Positions 16,439-24,526 of a stretch of 64,000 nucleotides of DNA are shown in pieces. A program made the translations under genes and the position numbers. This DNA comes from Candidatus Babelota bacterium (GTDB lineage Bacteria; Babelota; Babeliae; Babelales; Vermiphilaceae): NCBI GenBank assembly GCA_018266085.1, contig JAFEAZ010000008.1:3278-67277 (forward strand). The letters are read 5' to 3'. The stretch's first letter is position 1, and each line of letters begins with the position of its first letter. The notes beneath the pieces were generated by a model. That model searched no databases, was not told the origin of the DNA, and saw only the letters and a list, made by a program, of their open reading frames with translations.

Positions 16439-17695
16439 ATGAAAAAGATGTTGTGTTTAGTGAGACTGTCGGTTATCAGTTGCAGCATTGTATGCAGCGT
16501 GCGCGCAGCAACCGTTACGGTAAAGCTTTTAAAAACTGACCAAGGCACGTGGGACAGGCAGTTCGCCTATTTCATTTCGACGCGAACCAGTGAAAAAAAG
16601 AGCAAGATTGGAGTGGGGCCACTTGTTATCAGAGAGGCAACGTTAGAGATGCCGACAAAATATTCGGCCGAAAAATTTATAAGAAAAGATGGCAAAGTAA
16701 CTTTTGAAAGAGAAAGTGAAGACACCGTACTTTATGTCTGTACAAAGCTTAATGTGAGAGAACCTGAAAAAGCGCTAGATGTTTGTAAATCGCTTAGTTT
16801 AAATGATTTTGCGACTCGTGGCACTAGCTCTAATTTGGTCGTTGGCATCGACAAAAATGGTGTTCCATCGGTAATGACGCAGGCTGAAGCGAATAAAAAA
16901 ATTGCCGATAGTGGAAAACCACCAATGCATGCTGTAAAGGTGAGAAAAGTCGGTAATAATACTGCTGCATGGACCGTTAAGGTGATACGCTCTGACGATG
17001 GCGTACCAGCACCGGATGTTATTTTAAGTCGAATTACCATAAAAAGAAATTCTTCATTCAAGTTAGACTCGTTAAAAGTTCCAAGGAACAGAGAATTTTT
17101 TATTACGGTCAATGACGAAGCGCCACAAAAATTTAAGAACATTGCTGTCGATGCAGTGTTGAACATTAATGATGATCGCATTGTGGAAATCGGTGGCATG
17201 ACGGCAGCAGTGCTTGCGGCGCAAGAAGAAGAGCGTAAAAAGAAAAAGGCAGAGCATGATGCACAAGTTGCTCAAGCAAAAGAGAAACAAGATAAAGCAA
17301 AAGAAGAAAAACGGGCGAAAGAAGAAGCGCTTTTAGAAAAAAAAGTCCGTTTTGCTCAAGCAAATCTCATAAGAGCTCAATCAAAAAAACTCTCTGATCA
17401 TGACCAAGCCGATGCCTTGGAACTATTGGCAAATCATAAACGCGACAGCGGAGATACAGAGGGTGAAAGTCGTGTTCGCCCCGCAATAGATACTATAGAA
17501 GCGCGCAAAAAGCTTACCAAAGAAGACAAAGAAGTTGCACTTAATTTACTGCTCGAGCAGAGAGAAATACAACTCGAAACGGCTCAGTTGAATTTGCAGC
17601 GGGCACAAGTCTCTGCTCGTATACACTTACCAGGTGAATCAGGAGCAGCTTTGACACCACCGACGGGTGCAAAAGAAGTACATGTTAAGCGATAA
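16439..17695 (+). CDS. paralog-array protein 9 (secreted, two modules plus a Lys/Glu-rich coiled-coil tail)
   Basis: VTVKLLKTDQGTWDRQFAYFIST (module A). VKVRKVGNNTAAWTVKVIRSDDG...LKVPRNREFFITVNDE...LNINDDRIVEIGG (module B). The C-terminal ~170 aa read AAQEEERKKKKAEHDAQVAQAKEKQDKAKEEKRAKEE... Confidence 0.75.
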   Translation: MKKMLCLVRLSVISCSIVCSVRAATVTVKLLKTDQGTWDRQFAYFISTRTSEKKSKIGVGPLVIREATLEMPTKYSAEKFIRKDGKVTFERESEDTVLYVCTKLNVREPEKALDVCKSLSLNDFATRGTSSNLVVGIDKNGVPSVMTQAEANKKIADSGKPPMHAVKVRKVGNNTAAWTVKVIRSDDGVPAPDVILSRITIKRNSSFKLDSLKVPRNREFFITVNDEAPQKFKNIAVDAVLNINDDRIVEIGGMTAAVLAAQEEERKKKKAEHDAQVAQAKEKQDKAKEEKRAKEEALLEKKVRFAQANLIRAQSKKLSDHDQADALELLANHKRDSGDTEGESRVRPAIDTIEARKKLTKEDKEVALNLLLEQREIQLETAQLNLQRAQVSARIHLPGESGAALTPPTGAKEVHVKR

Positions 17696-17709
17696 TAATG
17701 ATTTTCTGA

Positions 17710-17737
17710 GTCATCCCCGCTTTATGCGGGGATAACC
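17710..17737. repeat. palindromic intergenic element, copy 4 (gtcatccccgctttatgcggggataacc)
   Basis: Stem TCCCCGC/GCGGGGA. Lies between the convergent array gene 9 and the ligase gene. Confidence 0.8.
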
Positions 17738-17803
17738 TGCGATAGAGAGTCTGTGTAGGAACGAGAGCATGGCGTGCAAGAGCATACGCTTGCCAAAAGA
17801 GCT

Positions 17804-19540
17804 CTATTTCACAAACTGATCTTCATACAGTCGCACAATCTCATCACTGGTGGTCGCCTCGCCAGGCCCTTTGTCAGGCCTGTAATCAACAAAGCGAGGA
17901 AAGCGCAATGCATAGCCAAGTGTCGTGTCGGTACTGCCCGCCTTATGCGTTGGCGATTGCGTAATCTCTTCGGCAAGAATGCTCACCACCAGCTCAGGAG
18001 CTACCCACACATCGGGGTAGAGTTGTGGTGCACACGCAACATTCTTTGGTTGTTGCTGCACAGCAAGGCTATCACAGCGCCTGCGCAGTTCTATCCAATC
18101 AGCATCCTTAAGTCCAGTCCCAACCTTTGCTAGTGTCTGAAACGAGTCATCATGCTTGTTGTAAACGCCAACCAGAAAGGCGCCAATGCCAAAGGCAGCA
18201 CGTTTGCCAGAACCGGCATAGTAGCCAAGCACGACAGCATCGATGGAATCTTCCAGTTGCCCCATTTCATGCCGCTTGAGCTTGATCCAATTAAAATTAC
18301 GCTTACCCGCTTGGTAAGGAGCATGCGGGCGCTTGACCACAAGCCCTTCAAGACCTGCTGCAATGCAACTCAAAAAATAGCTTTCTAAAGCCTGTACATT
18401 CTCTATAGGCTTTTCTTCAATGACACGCATCGCTGAGGATCGATCACCGACCAGATCCAACAATAATGCGCGACGTTGCTCATGACCGGTTGACAACAGA
18501 TCTTGGCCGTTTAAGTACAGAAGATCGAAAAAGATTATTTGGAGTGGAAATTCTGCTGCTTTGGCTTCAATATCATGCTTGCGTCGACGTTTCATAGTTT
18601 CTTGAAACGGCAAAAATGATTGGGTGTTTGGGTCATAGGCTATTGTTTCACCCTCTGCAATAAAGCTCTGTTTGCCCAGCTTCACAATCTCCTGCACGAG
18701 GTCAGGAAACATTGCCGACATATCGGTCAAATGGCGAGAGAAGAAATGAATTTTCGGTGTGGGGCCGGTTGCATCATAATGAATCTGCAAGCGAAAACCA
18801 TCAATTTTTGGTTGCGCAACACACCTGCCCATCTTGTCGATAATTGCCTGTGCGCTTGGCAACCGCTCTGCGCCAGCAGGTCTGATGGGTGATCCGATTC
18901 GTATCGCCACATGCTGTATAGCATCAATACCAGATTCTTTCAGCAAGCGCGCGGTATAACCAATATCAGCGCAGAGATTGTAAGCCGATTCGATGGTCTC
19001 GTGTAATGATTTGTTGCCACAGATCATCCATGACAATGCATCGATAATGGTCATATCAGAAAAGCCGAGTCGCAGCTTGCCGATAATGATACGTACAATG
19101 AATTTTGCCGATACTGGATCTACTTGACGCAGTAACGCGACTGTCTTATTCCGTTTCTCTTCATGGGAGCCACTGCCGGAAATCTCTTCAAGCGCGCATA
19201 GGTTACCATACACCTGCGCAACGGTCAGCTCTTGCGTTGTCCGATCGGCATACTGCTCAATCACAAGCCCCAGATCTCCCAATTTTTTTGCTTGCTGCGT
19301 AACAGTGTCGACATTTTGTTGCGCAATATCGGCAACAATATGGGTCATCAACGTTTCTGCCAGCGTAAATTGGGTACCAATAAAGGGTGGGTGCAGTTGC
19401 CCTAACGCAAGATTGCATATGATGTCGGCTTCGTTGGCAGATGCTTGGCTCAAGAGTTGCGCAAGCAAACGCGTCATATCAAGGCGGCCCGGTGTAGATT
19501 CTATCTGTTGAAAATAGTCGCTTACTACTGAAAAATTCAC
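17804..19540 (-). CDS. lig: ATP-dependent DNA ligase, Lig1/archaeal-type three-domain architecture
   Basis: Motif I KIDGFRLQIH, motif III FIAEGETIAYD, motif IV EGLVVKRP, motif V NWIKLK. An N-terminal DNA-binding domain of about 230 aa. GTG start with an AAGGAT RBS. Confidence 0.85.
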   Translation of the reverse strand: MNFSVVSDYFQQIESTPGRLDMTRLLAQLLSQASANEADIICNLALGQLHPPFIGTQFTLAETLMTHIVADIAQQNVDTVTQQAKKLGDLGLVIEQYADRTTQELTVAQVYGNLCALEEISGSGSHEEKRNKTVALLRQVDPVSAKFIVRIIIGKLRLGFSDMTIIDALSWMICGNKSLHETIESAYNLCADIGYTARLLKESGIDAIQHVAIRIGSPIRPAGAERLPSAQAIIDKMGRCVAQPKIDGFRLQIHYDATGPTPKIHFFSRHLTDMSAMFPDLVQEIVKLGKQSFIAEGETIAYDPNTQSFLPFQETMKRRRKHDIEAKAAEFPLQIIFFDLLYLNGQDLLSTGHEQRRALLLDLVGDRSSAMRVIEEKPIENVQALESYFLSCIAAGLEGLVVKRPHAPYQAGKRNFNWIKLKRHEMGQLEDSIDAVVLGYYAGSGKRAAFGIGAFLVGVYNKHDDSFQTLAKVGTGLKDADWIELRRRCDSLAVQQQPKNVACAPQLYPDVWVAPELVVSILAEEITQSPTHKAGSTDTTLGYALRFPRFVDYRPDKGPGEATTSDEIVRLYEDQFVK

Positions 19541-19553
19541 GGGTAGATCCTTT

Positions 19554-20336
19554 TTATTCGGTTAATCGCTCAAGCCCTTTGTTTCTATTCGCTTCAAAGG
19601 CTGTCTTAAAGATACATAACGAAAGAACGAGGTAGATGCAGTTTAATATAAGACCAATAATGAGGTTCGAGAGAGGCAACTGCTTCAGGATGACGAGAGA
19701 TCTCATCGCCTCAAAGGTGTAACTCATGGGCAGCAGGCGTGCAATGGCCTGCGCAAAGGGCGGTAACACCTCGATGGCATAATAGACGCAACTAAATGGG
19801 TCGAAAAGCCAACCGACAATATAGATCAACGCACCTGCTCGCTTACCGCGATAGGAAACGAGCGAAGCACATAAAAAACCTACCCATAACCCGGAGAGAA
19901 TAAGTTGTGCAATGATAGGAGCTAGCCGCCAGCCAAGGGTCGTGATCACAAAACCATATAAAAAGTAGATGATGATCGACAGGAAAAGACAGACGACACA
20001 GGCAACAGCAATTGCCAGGAGCAGTGTTGCCAACATCCATTCAGAGAGTCGTAAGGGTGATGCGAAAAGATTGACCAGATTTTGAGACCAGACCTCTTCC
20101 AAAAAGCTGAATGAGATTTCATAATTAATACGTGTCACTAAATGCCACAATAATGCACCAATTAAAATAGAGGATGCTGAGCTCTGTTGCGTCTCGGTCC
20201 AGACGCTGGCATAACCCCATGAGATAAGATCCATTAAGGGCCAGTAAAAGACCTCTATAAAACGGAGTGCATCTTGTGTCATATGACTTATGTGCCCCAA
20301 AATGACCGCTCTTACACGATAGAACGATATGTTCAT
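19554..20336 (-). CDS. ABC-2 type transporter permease
   Basis: Six predicted TM helices. 4-nt overlap with the upstream ATPase gene. Confidence 0.7.
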   Translation of the reverse strand: MNISFYRVRAVILGHISHMTQDALRFIEVFYWPLMDLISWGYASVWTETQQSSASSILIGALLWHLVTRINYEISFSFLEEVWSQNLVNLFASPLRLSEWMLATLLLAIAVACVVCLFLSIIIYFLYGFVITTLGWRLAPIIAQLILSGLWVGFLCASLVSYRGKRAGALIYIVGWLFDPFSCVYYAIEVLPPFAQAIARLLPMSYTFEAMRSLVILKQLPLSNLIIGLILNCIYLVLSLCIFKTAFEANRNKGLERLTE

Positions 20337-21295
20337 AGAACTCCAGACGAAGTACGCAAAAGGTGTAAGAAATAATCTTCTAACGTAGGTTTCTCAATCG
20401 AAATTTGACAGTATTCAACATTGCTACGAGACAGACTTGTCAACAACTGTGCAATTGCTTGTTCATTGACCGTAATTTCAAGGGTATTACTCGTGACGCT
20501 ATAGGGCAGCTCTTGTTGTTGCGTGTAGGTGATAGCAGCATCTAAACCATGCTCAATCTCTAAGACAACGCGTGTATTGCCTATGCGGTGCGCAAGCTGT
20601 GCCGGTGTGCTGTCATCGATAATGCGTCCGTTTTTCAGAATAAGTACGCGATCACACAGCTGGCTTACCTCAGTCATATTGTGTGACGTGATTAAAAATG
20701 AGGTGCCGAACTCCTGGCGCTGACGTAAAACAAAATGGCGTACATCCTGTGCTACCTCAGGATCAAGAGAGGCGGTAGGTTCGTCGAGAATAACGATTTT
20801 TGGGTTAGCTAGAAATGCTTTTGCGAGCACAACGCGTGTGGTCTCACCAGCAGAGAGTACGCCAACTTCGGTATCGGCCCGTTGTTGCATACCAAAAAAG
20901 GTTAAACAGTGATCGATACGCTGTTCGATGTGGCGCGATGATAAGCCGTACAGACGTCCATACATGCGTAAATTGGAGCGTACGGTAAGCCGCTCAGGGA
21001 GCTTTGCGTAGGTACTTGCAAAACCGACAGAACCTAAAATTTCGGAGCGATGAGTGGTAAAATCTTGATCAAAATAGAAAATATTTCCTGAGGTAGGTTG
21101 CATAGTACTCAAGAGCATCTGCACCGTCGTCGTTTTTCCAGCACCATTAGGACCCAGGAGGCCGAGAATTTCAGCTTCCGCTACGGTGAATGATATGTCA
21201 TCGACAGCAGTATGAGCAGCTCTATTGGGTCCAAAAAAACGTCTAACACTAGGAAATGTTTTTTTGAGATTTTCAACACGTAAAACGGCCACCAT
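20333..21295 (-). CDS. ABC transporter ATP-binding protein
   Basis: Walker A GPNGAGKTT, signature LSAGETTR, Walker B ILDEPTASLD. Confidence 0.85.
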   Translation of the reverse strand: MVAVLRVENLKKTFPSVRRFFGPNRAAHTAVDDISFTVAEAEILGLLGPNGAGKTTTVQMLLSTMQPTSGNIFYFDQDFTTHRSEILGSVGFASTYAKLPERLTVRSNLRMYGRLYGLSSRHIEQRIDHCLTFFGMQQRADTEVGVLSAGETTRVVLAKAFLANPKIVILDEPTASLDPEVAQDVRHFVLRQRQEFGTSFLITSHNMTEVSQLCDRVLILKNGRIIDDSTPAQLAHRIGNTRVVLEIEHGLDAAITYTQQQELPYSVTSNTLEITVNEQAIAQLLTSLSRSNVEYCQISIEKPTLEDYFLHLLRTSSGVL

Positions 21296-21376
21296 TACCT
21301 CTGAAAAAAGAGTGATTTAGCTCAACTATCTACTTATAATCGCAGCATACTTAAGTAGAGTGCCATGAACGAAAAA

Positions 21377-21955
21377 TCAATCAATAGGCAGCTGTAAGAA
21401 TCTCTTAATATTATCCAGATGGCGCCAGATTCCCCACAAGCCCATGACCACAAAGGCAGAGGCAATCGATGTCTGCGTGGACAGCAAATAAACACCACTG
21501 ACGACCAGACCAAGACAGGTGGTAGCCGATGCAATACCGACCGTACGCACGAGCATAAAGGTTGTTATCCAAAGACAGAACAGTAAGATCGTTAAGCACG
21601 GTTTGAAAAACCACATGATACCCGTTACCGTCGCAAATCCTTTACCGCCCGTAAAGTGCAAAAAGAGGGAATATCCATTGCCGACAAGTACTGTGATGGC
21701 ACAGCCAAGCAGCACCGGCTCGCTTGCACCATACCATGCTGCCATCCGTAGGTACAGCAGCGCTTTGAGCGCATCGATGACAAAGACGGGAACAAAATAA
21801 TGAGCTCCTAAAATGCGTGCAACATTGGTAGCGCCAATATTACCAGAACCATGACGTCGAATATCATGAATGCCGCCAGCATAGGCAAACAGATAGCCGG
21901 TCGGTATTGATCCCACTATATAAGCTCCAAGCAGAAGCAATTGTAGATCAACCAT
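21377..21955 (-). CDS. plsY: glycerol-3-phosphate acyltransferase PlsY
   Basis: GSIPTGYLFAY...RRHGSGNIGATNVARILG signature. Start moved to ATG 21955 (MVDLQLLLLGAYIVG), overlapping the pgsA stop. Confidence 0.85.
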   Translation of the reverse strand: MVDLQLLLLGAYIVGSIPTGYLFAYAGGIHDIRRHGSGNIGATNVARILGAHYFVPVFVIDALKALLYLRMAAWYGASEPVLLGCAITVLVGNGYSLFLHFTGGKGFATVTGIMWFFKPCLTILLFCLWITTFMLVRTVGIASATTCLGLVVSGVYLLSTQTSIASAFVVMGLWGIWRHLDNIKRFLQLPID

Positions 21956-22553
21956 TACGCGCCTTACTGCCGGAAAGCCTGTAGGCATTGACGACGGTGC
22001 GGTAGTACTGGTAGCCAGAGAGTACAGACAAGCATAAGGCAAGAGCCAATAAGATGGTCTGTATCCCATTCCAATAGGGCGCACCAGATAAACCATACGC
22101 TTGGTACGGATTGAGCAGCGCAACGGTGATATAGGAGAATTGAAAGAACGTTTTTATTTTAGCTGACCAGCAGACACGTAATGACAATGTATGTTCAAGC
22201 GCTATGTGGCGCAAGCCCATCACGAAAAATTCACGACCAATAAAGATAAGCACCCAGTAGTAATATATCTTGCCAACGACGAGTAAGCCAATCAGTGCGC
22301 TATACATAAGGAATTTGTCGGCCAATGGATCTAAAATAGCACCCAATACCGTTTGTTGATTATATTTGCGCGCAAAATAACCGTCGAAGAAATCGGTGAG
22401 TCCAAAAAAAACAAAACAAGCAGCGACAAAAAGATTAATCAACACCGCATTATACGGGCTGAGATGCACGATTAAAAAAGGAATGCTGCAGGGAGCAATT
22501 ACAAGTCTGATTAACGTAAGACTGAGAGGAAGGTTTGGGAGGGAAAGGATCAT
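21948..22553 (-). CDS. pgsA: CDP-diacylglycerol--glycerol-3-phosphate 3-phosphatidyltransferase
   Basis: CDP-alcohol phosphatidyltransferase motif DFFDGYFARKYNQQTVLGAILDPLADK. Confidence 0.8.
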   Translation of the reverse strand: MILSLPNLPLSLTLIRLVIAPCSIPFLIVHLSPYNAVLINLFVAACFVFFGLTDFFDGYFARKYNQQTVLGAILDPLADKFLMYSALIGLLVVGKIYYYWVLIFIGREFFVMGLRHIALEHTLSLRVCWSAKIKTFFQFSYITVALLNPYQAYGLSGAPYWNGIQTILLALALCLSVLSGYQYYRTVVNAYRLSGSKARNG

Positions 22554-22595
22554 GTACGCTACCTACCGTTGGTAATCATCGATTGCCAACTATTT

Positions 22596-22672
22596 TGGTA
22601 GCGGCGCAGGGACTCGAACCCCGGACCTACGGATTATGATTCCGCCGCTCTAACCAGCTGAGCTACGCCGCC
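22596..22672 (-). tRNA. tRNA with anticodon CAT (elongator Met or lysidine-Ile2; not distinguishable by eye), encoded CCA
   Basis: Manual cloverleaf: GGCGGCG/TA/GCTC-AGCTGGTTA-GAGC/G/GCGGA-ATCATAA-TCCGT/AGGTC/CGGGG-TTCGAGT-CCCTG/CGCCGCT-A-CCA. Confidence 0.85.
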
Positions 22673-22697
22673 ACATCTATGCAGAACTAAGTATAGC

Positions 22698-24251
22698 TTA
22701 AATTCTTAATTTTTGAATATTAAAAACATCTAAAAATAAATTAAATAGAGATCTCAAGAAAAACAGACCGCTAATCAGTGTCGCAACGATGCCGAGCATT
22801 AAGGTGATCGCAAAACCACCAATAGGACCGGTACCAAATGTATAGAGAACAAGACCAACAATAAAGGTGGTGAAGTTCGAATCTAAAATAACACGCATAG
22901 CATCTGCAAAACCATCACTGACCGCTTTGCGCACATTGATGCCAGCAGCGAGCTCCTCTTTGATGCGCTCAAAGATCAAAATAGAAGCATCGATCGCCAT
23001 ACCGATCGTTAACACAATACCCGCAATACCTGGCAACGTGAGTGTTGCTTGCATCCATGACAAACCAAGCAAGATCAACAATACGTTATACAGCAATGCG
23101 ATAAAGGCAAGTAGACCCGATACACTATAGTAGTAGAGCGCGAAAAAGAATACTAAGGTCAAGCCGATGATACATGACAAAAGCCCCTGTCTGATCGATT
23201 CTGCACCAAGTGATGGACCAACTTGACGCTCTTCTTCAAAGGTTACGGGTGCAACAAAAGCGCCGGAACGTAACAAGACTGCCAATTCTTTGGCGCTGTC
23301 TTTGGTGAAGTTGCCAGAGATTTGGCCGCGATCTTTAATTTCATCTTGGATAACCGGTGCGCTGATAATCACATCATCAAGCACAATAGCCAGCTGTTTG
23401 CGATAGTTGTTGCTCGTAATAGCATGGAACTTTCTGCCACCTTGCTCAGATAATACAAAGGATACGATCCATTGCGCATGCTCTTGATCGATCACAGCAG
23501 AGGCATCACGCAAATCTTTACCCGATACATCGGCAGATTTTGGCACCAAGTAATATATTTTTTCACCCGCATGGTCGCCACGGCCCGACAGAATCTCCAT
23601 GCCGTTTGGTAATACGCCATCATATTCATATAAAATATCTTCGGCAGATTTGCCCATTTTTTCTACCAGCTTAAATTCAAGCACAGCAGCGGTGCCGATC
23701 ATAGCCTTTGCTTTTTGTGGGTCTGAAACATCAGGTAGTTCGATCACAATGTTGCGATCGCCGTGTGCGGCAATAGAGATTTCAGCAACGCTCAAGCCAT
23801 CTAAACGTGCGCGAAGCACTTCAATGTTACGAGCAACGGCATCAGTCTCTATCTGTTTGATAGCGGCTGCGGTTGGTTGCATGCGCACGGTCGTGCTATG
23901 TACGTCTTGTGTGTATGCAGAGTCACGAATTGCCGATGCGGCAACTTGAGCGTCATCATTTGACGCGAAGATTAATTCTATAGAGCCATCTTTAACATCG
24001 TAGGAGGTTGGGAGCTGTTTGTTGGTGCTGCGTAATTCGATCAGTATAAGATCCAGTTTGGAACGCATCTGAGCTTCGACCGCTTTGTTTGTCTGTACGC
24101 CGAGTGTAATGTAGGTGCCACCAACAAGATCGATACCAAAGCGTAGTTTCTGACGCAGCGGAAACAACAAGTAACAGCTGACGATTGCGAGAACAATCCA
24201 TGGGGTAAAACTAGAAAATGCGATTCTGCGTAGTGCAACACTCATGCTCAA
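22698..24251 (-). CDS. secD: protein translocase subunit SecD
   Basis: N-terminal TM, large periplasmic domain, C-terminal six-TM block (GIAGIVLTIGMAIDASILIFERIKEE). No secF adjacent. Confidence 0.8.
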   Translation of the reverse strand: MSMSVALRRIAFSSFTPWIVLAIVSCYLLFPLRQKLRFGIDLVGGTYITLGVQTNKAVEAQMRSKLDLILIELRSTNKQLPTSYDVKDGSIELIFASNDDAQVAASAIRDSAYTQDVHSTTVRMQPTAAAIKQIETDAVARNIEVLRARLDGLSVAEISIAAHGDRNIVIELPDVSDPQKAKAMIGTAAVLEFKLVEKMGKSAEDILYEYDGVLPNGMEILSGRGDHAGEKIYYLVPKSADVSGKDLRDASAVIDQEHAQWIVSFVLSEQGGRKFHAITSNNYRKQLAIVLDDVIISAPVIQDEIKDRGQISGNFTKDSAKELAVLLRSGAFVAPVTFEEERQVGPSLGAESIRQGLLSCIIGLTLVFFFALYYYSVSGLLAFIALLYNVLLILLGLSWMQATLTLPGIAGIVLTIGMAIDASILIFERIKEELAAGINVRKAVSDGFADAMRVILDSNFTTFIVGLVLYTFGTGPIGGFAITLMLGIVATLISGLFFLRSLFNLFLDVFNIQKLRI

Positions 24252-24312
24252 CTCCTTTTTGGGGCGTGTATTTTTTTACTAGGCTTAAAAAATGAGAGAT
24301 GATGCTTTATAT

Positions 24313-24362
24313 GGCGTAGCCCGGCGTAGCTTGCCGAGCCTGAAGGCCCGGATAAGCGTAGA
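24313..24362. repeat. tRNA-trailer hairpin element (core 24324-24358)
   Basis: gcgtagcttgccgagcctgaaggcccggataagcg is the reverse complement of the near-identical units at 58858-58892 and 58910-58944. Lies immediately 3' of tRNA-Leu. Confidence 0.75.
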
Positions 24363-24364
24363 CG

Positions 24365-24451
24365 TGGTGCCGAGGAGGGGACTCGAACCCCTACAGGATT
24401 TCTCCCACAGCCACCTCAAGGCTGCGTGTATACCAGTTTCACCACCTCGGC
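24365..24451 (-). tRNA. tRNA-Leu(GAG), long variable arm, encoded CCA
   Basis: Manual fold: GCCGAGG acceptor, anticodon stem CAGCC/GGCTG with loop TTGAGGT, variable arm, T-arm AGGGG-TTCGAGT-CCCCT, then CCTCGGC-A-CCA. Confidence 0.85.
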
Positions 24452-24526
24452 TTGTGCATGTCAAAAGCAACCAGGCAAAGATACCACAAGAAATGGCAAT
24501 TTTCAAACTCTGATATGCTTTTTTCT

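Noticed and set aside
22698-24251. Missing secF next to secD as evidence of a fused or novel translocon subunit
   Set aside because: The size (517 aa) and topology fit a normal stand-alone SecD. secF may simply be encoded elsewhere, and this cannot be evaluated from the window.
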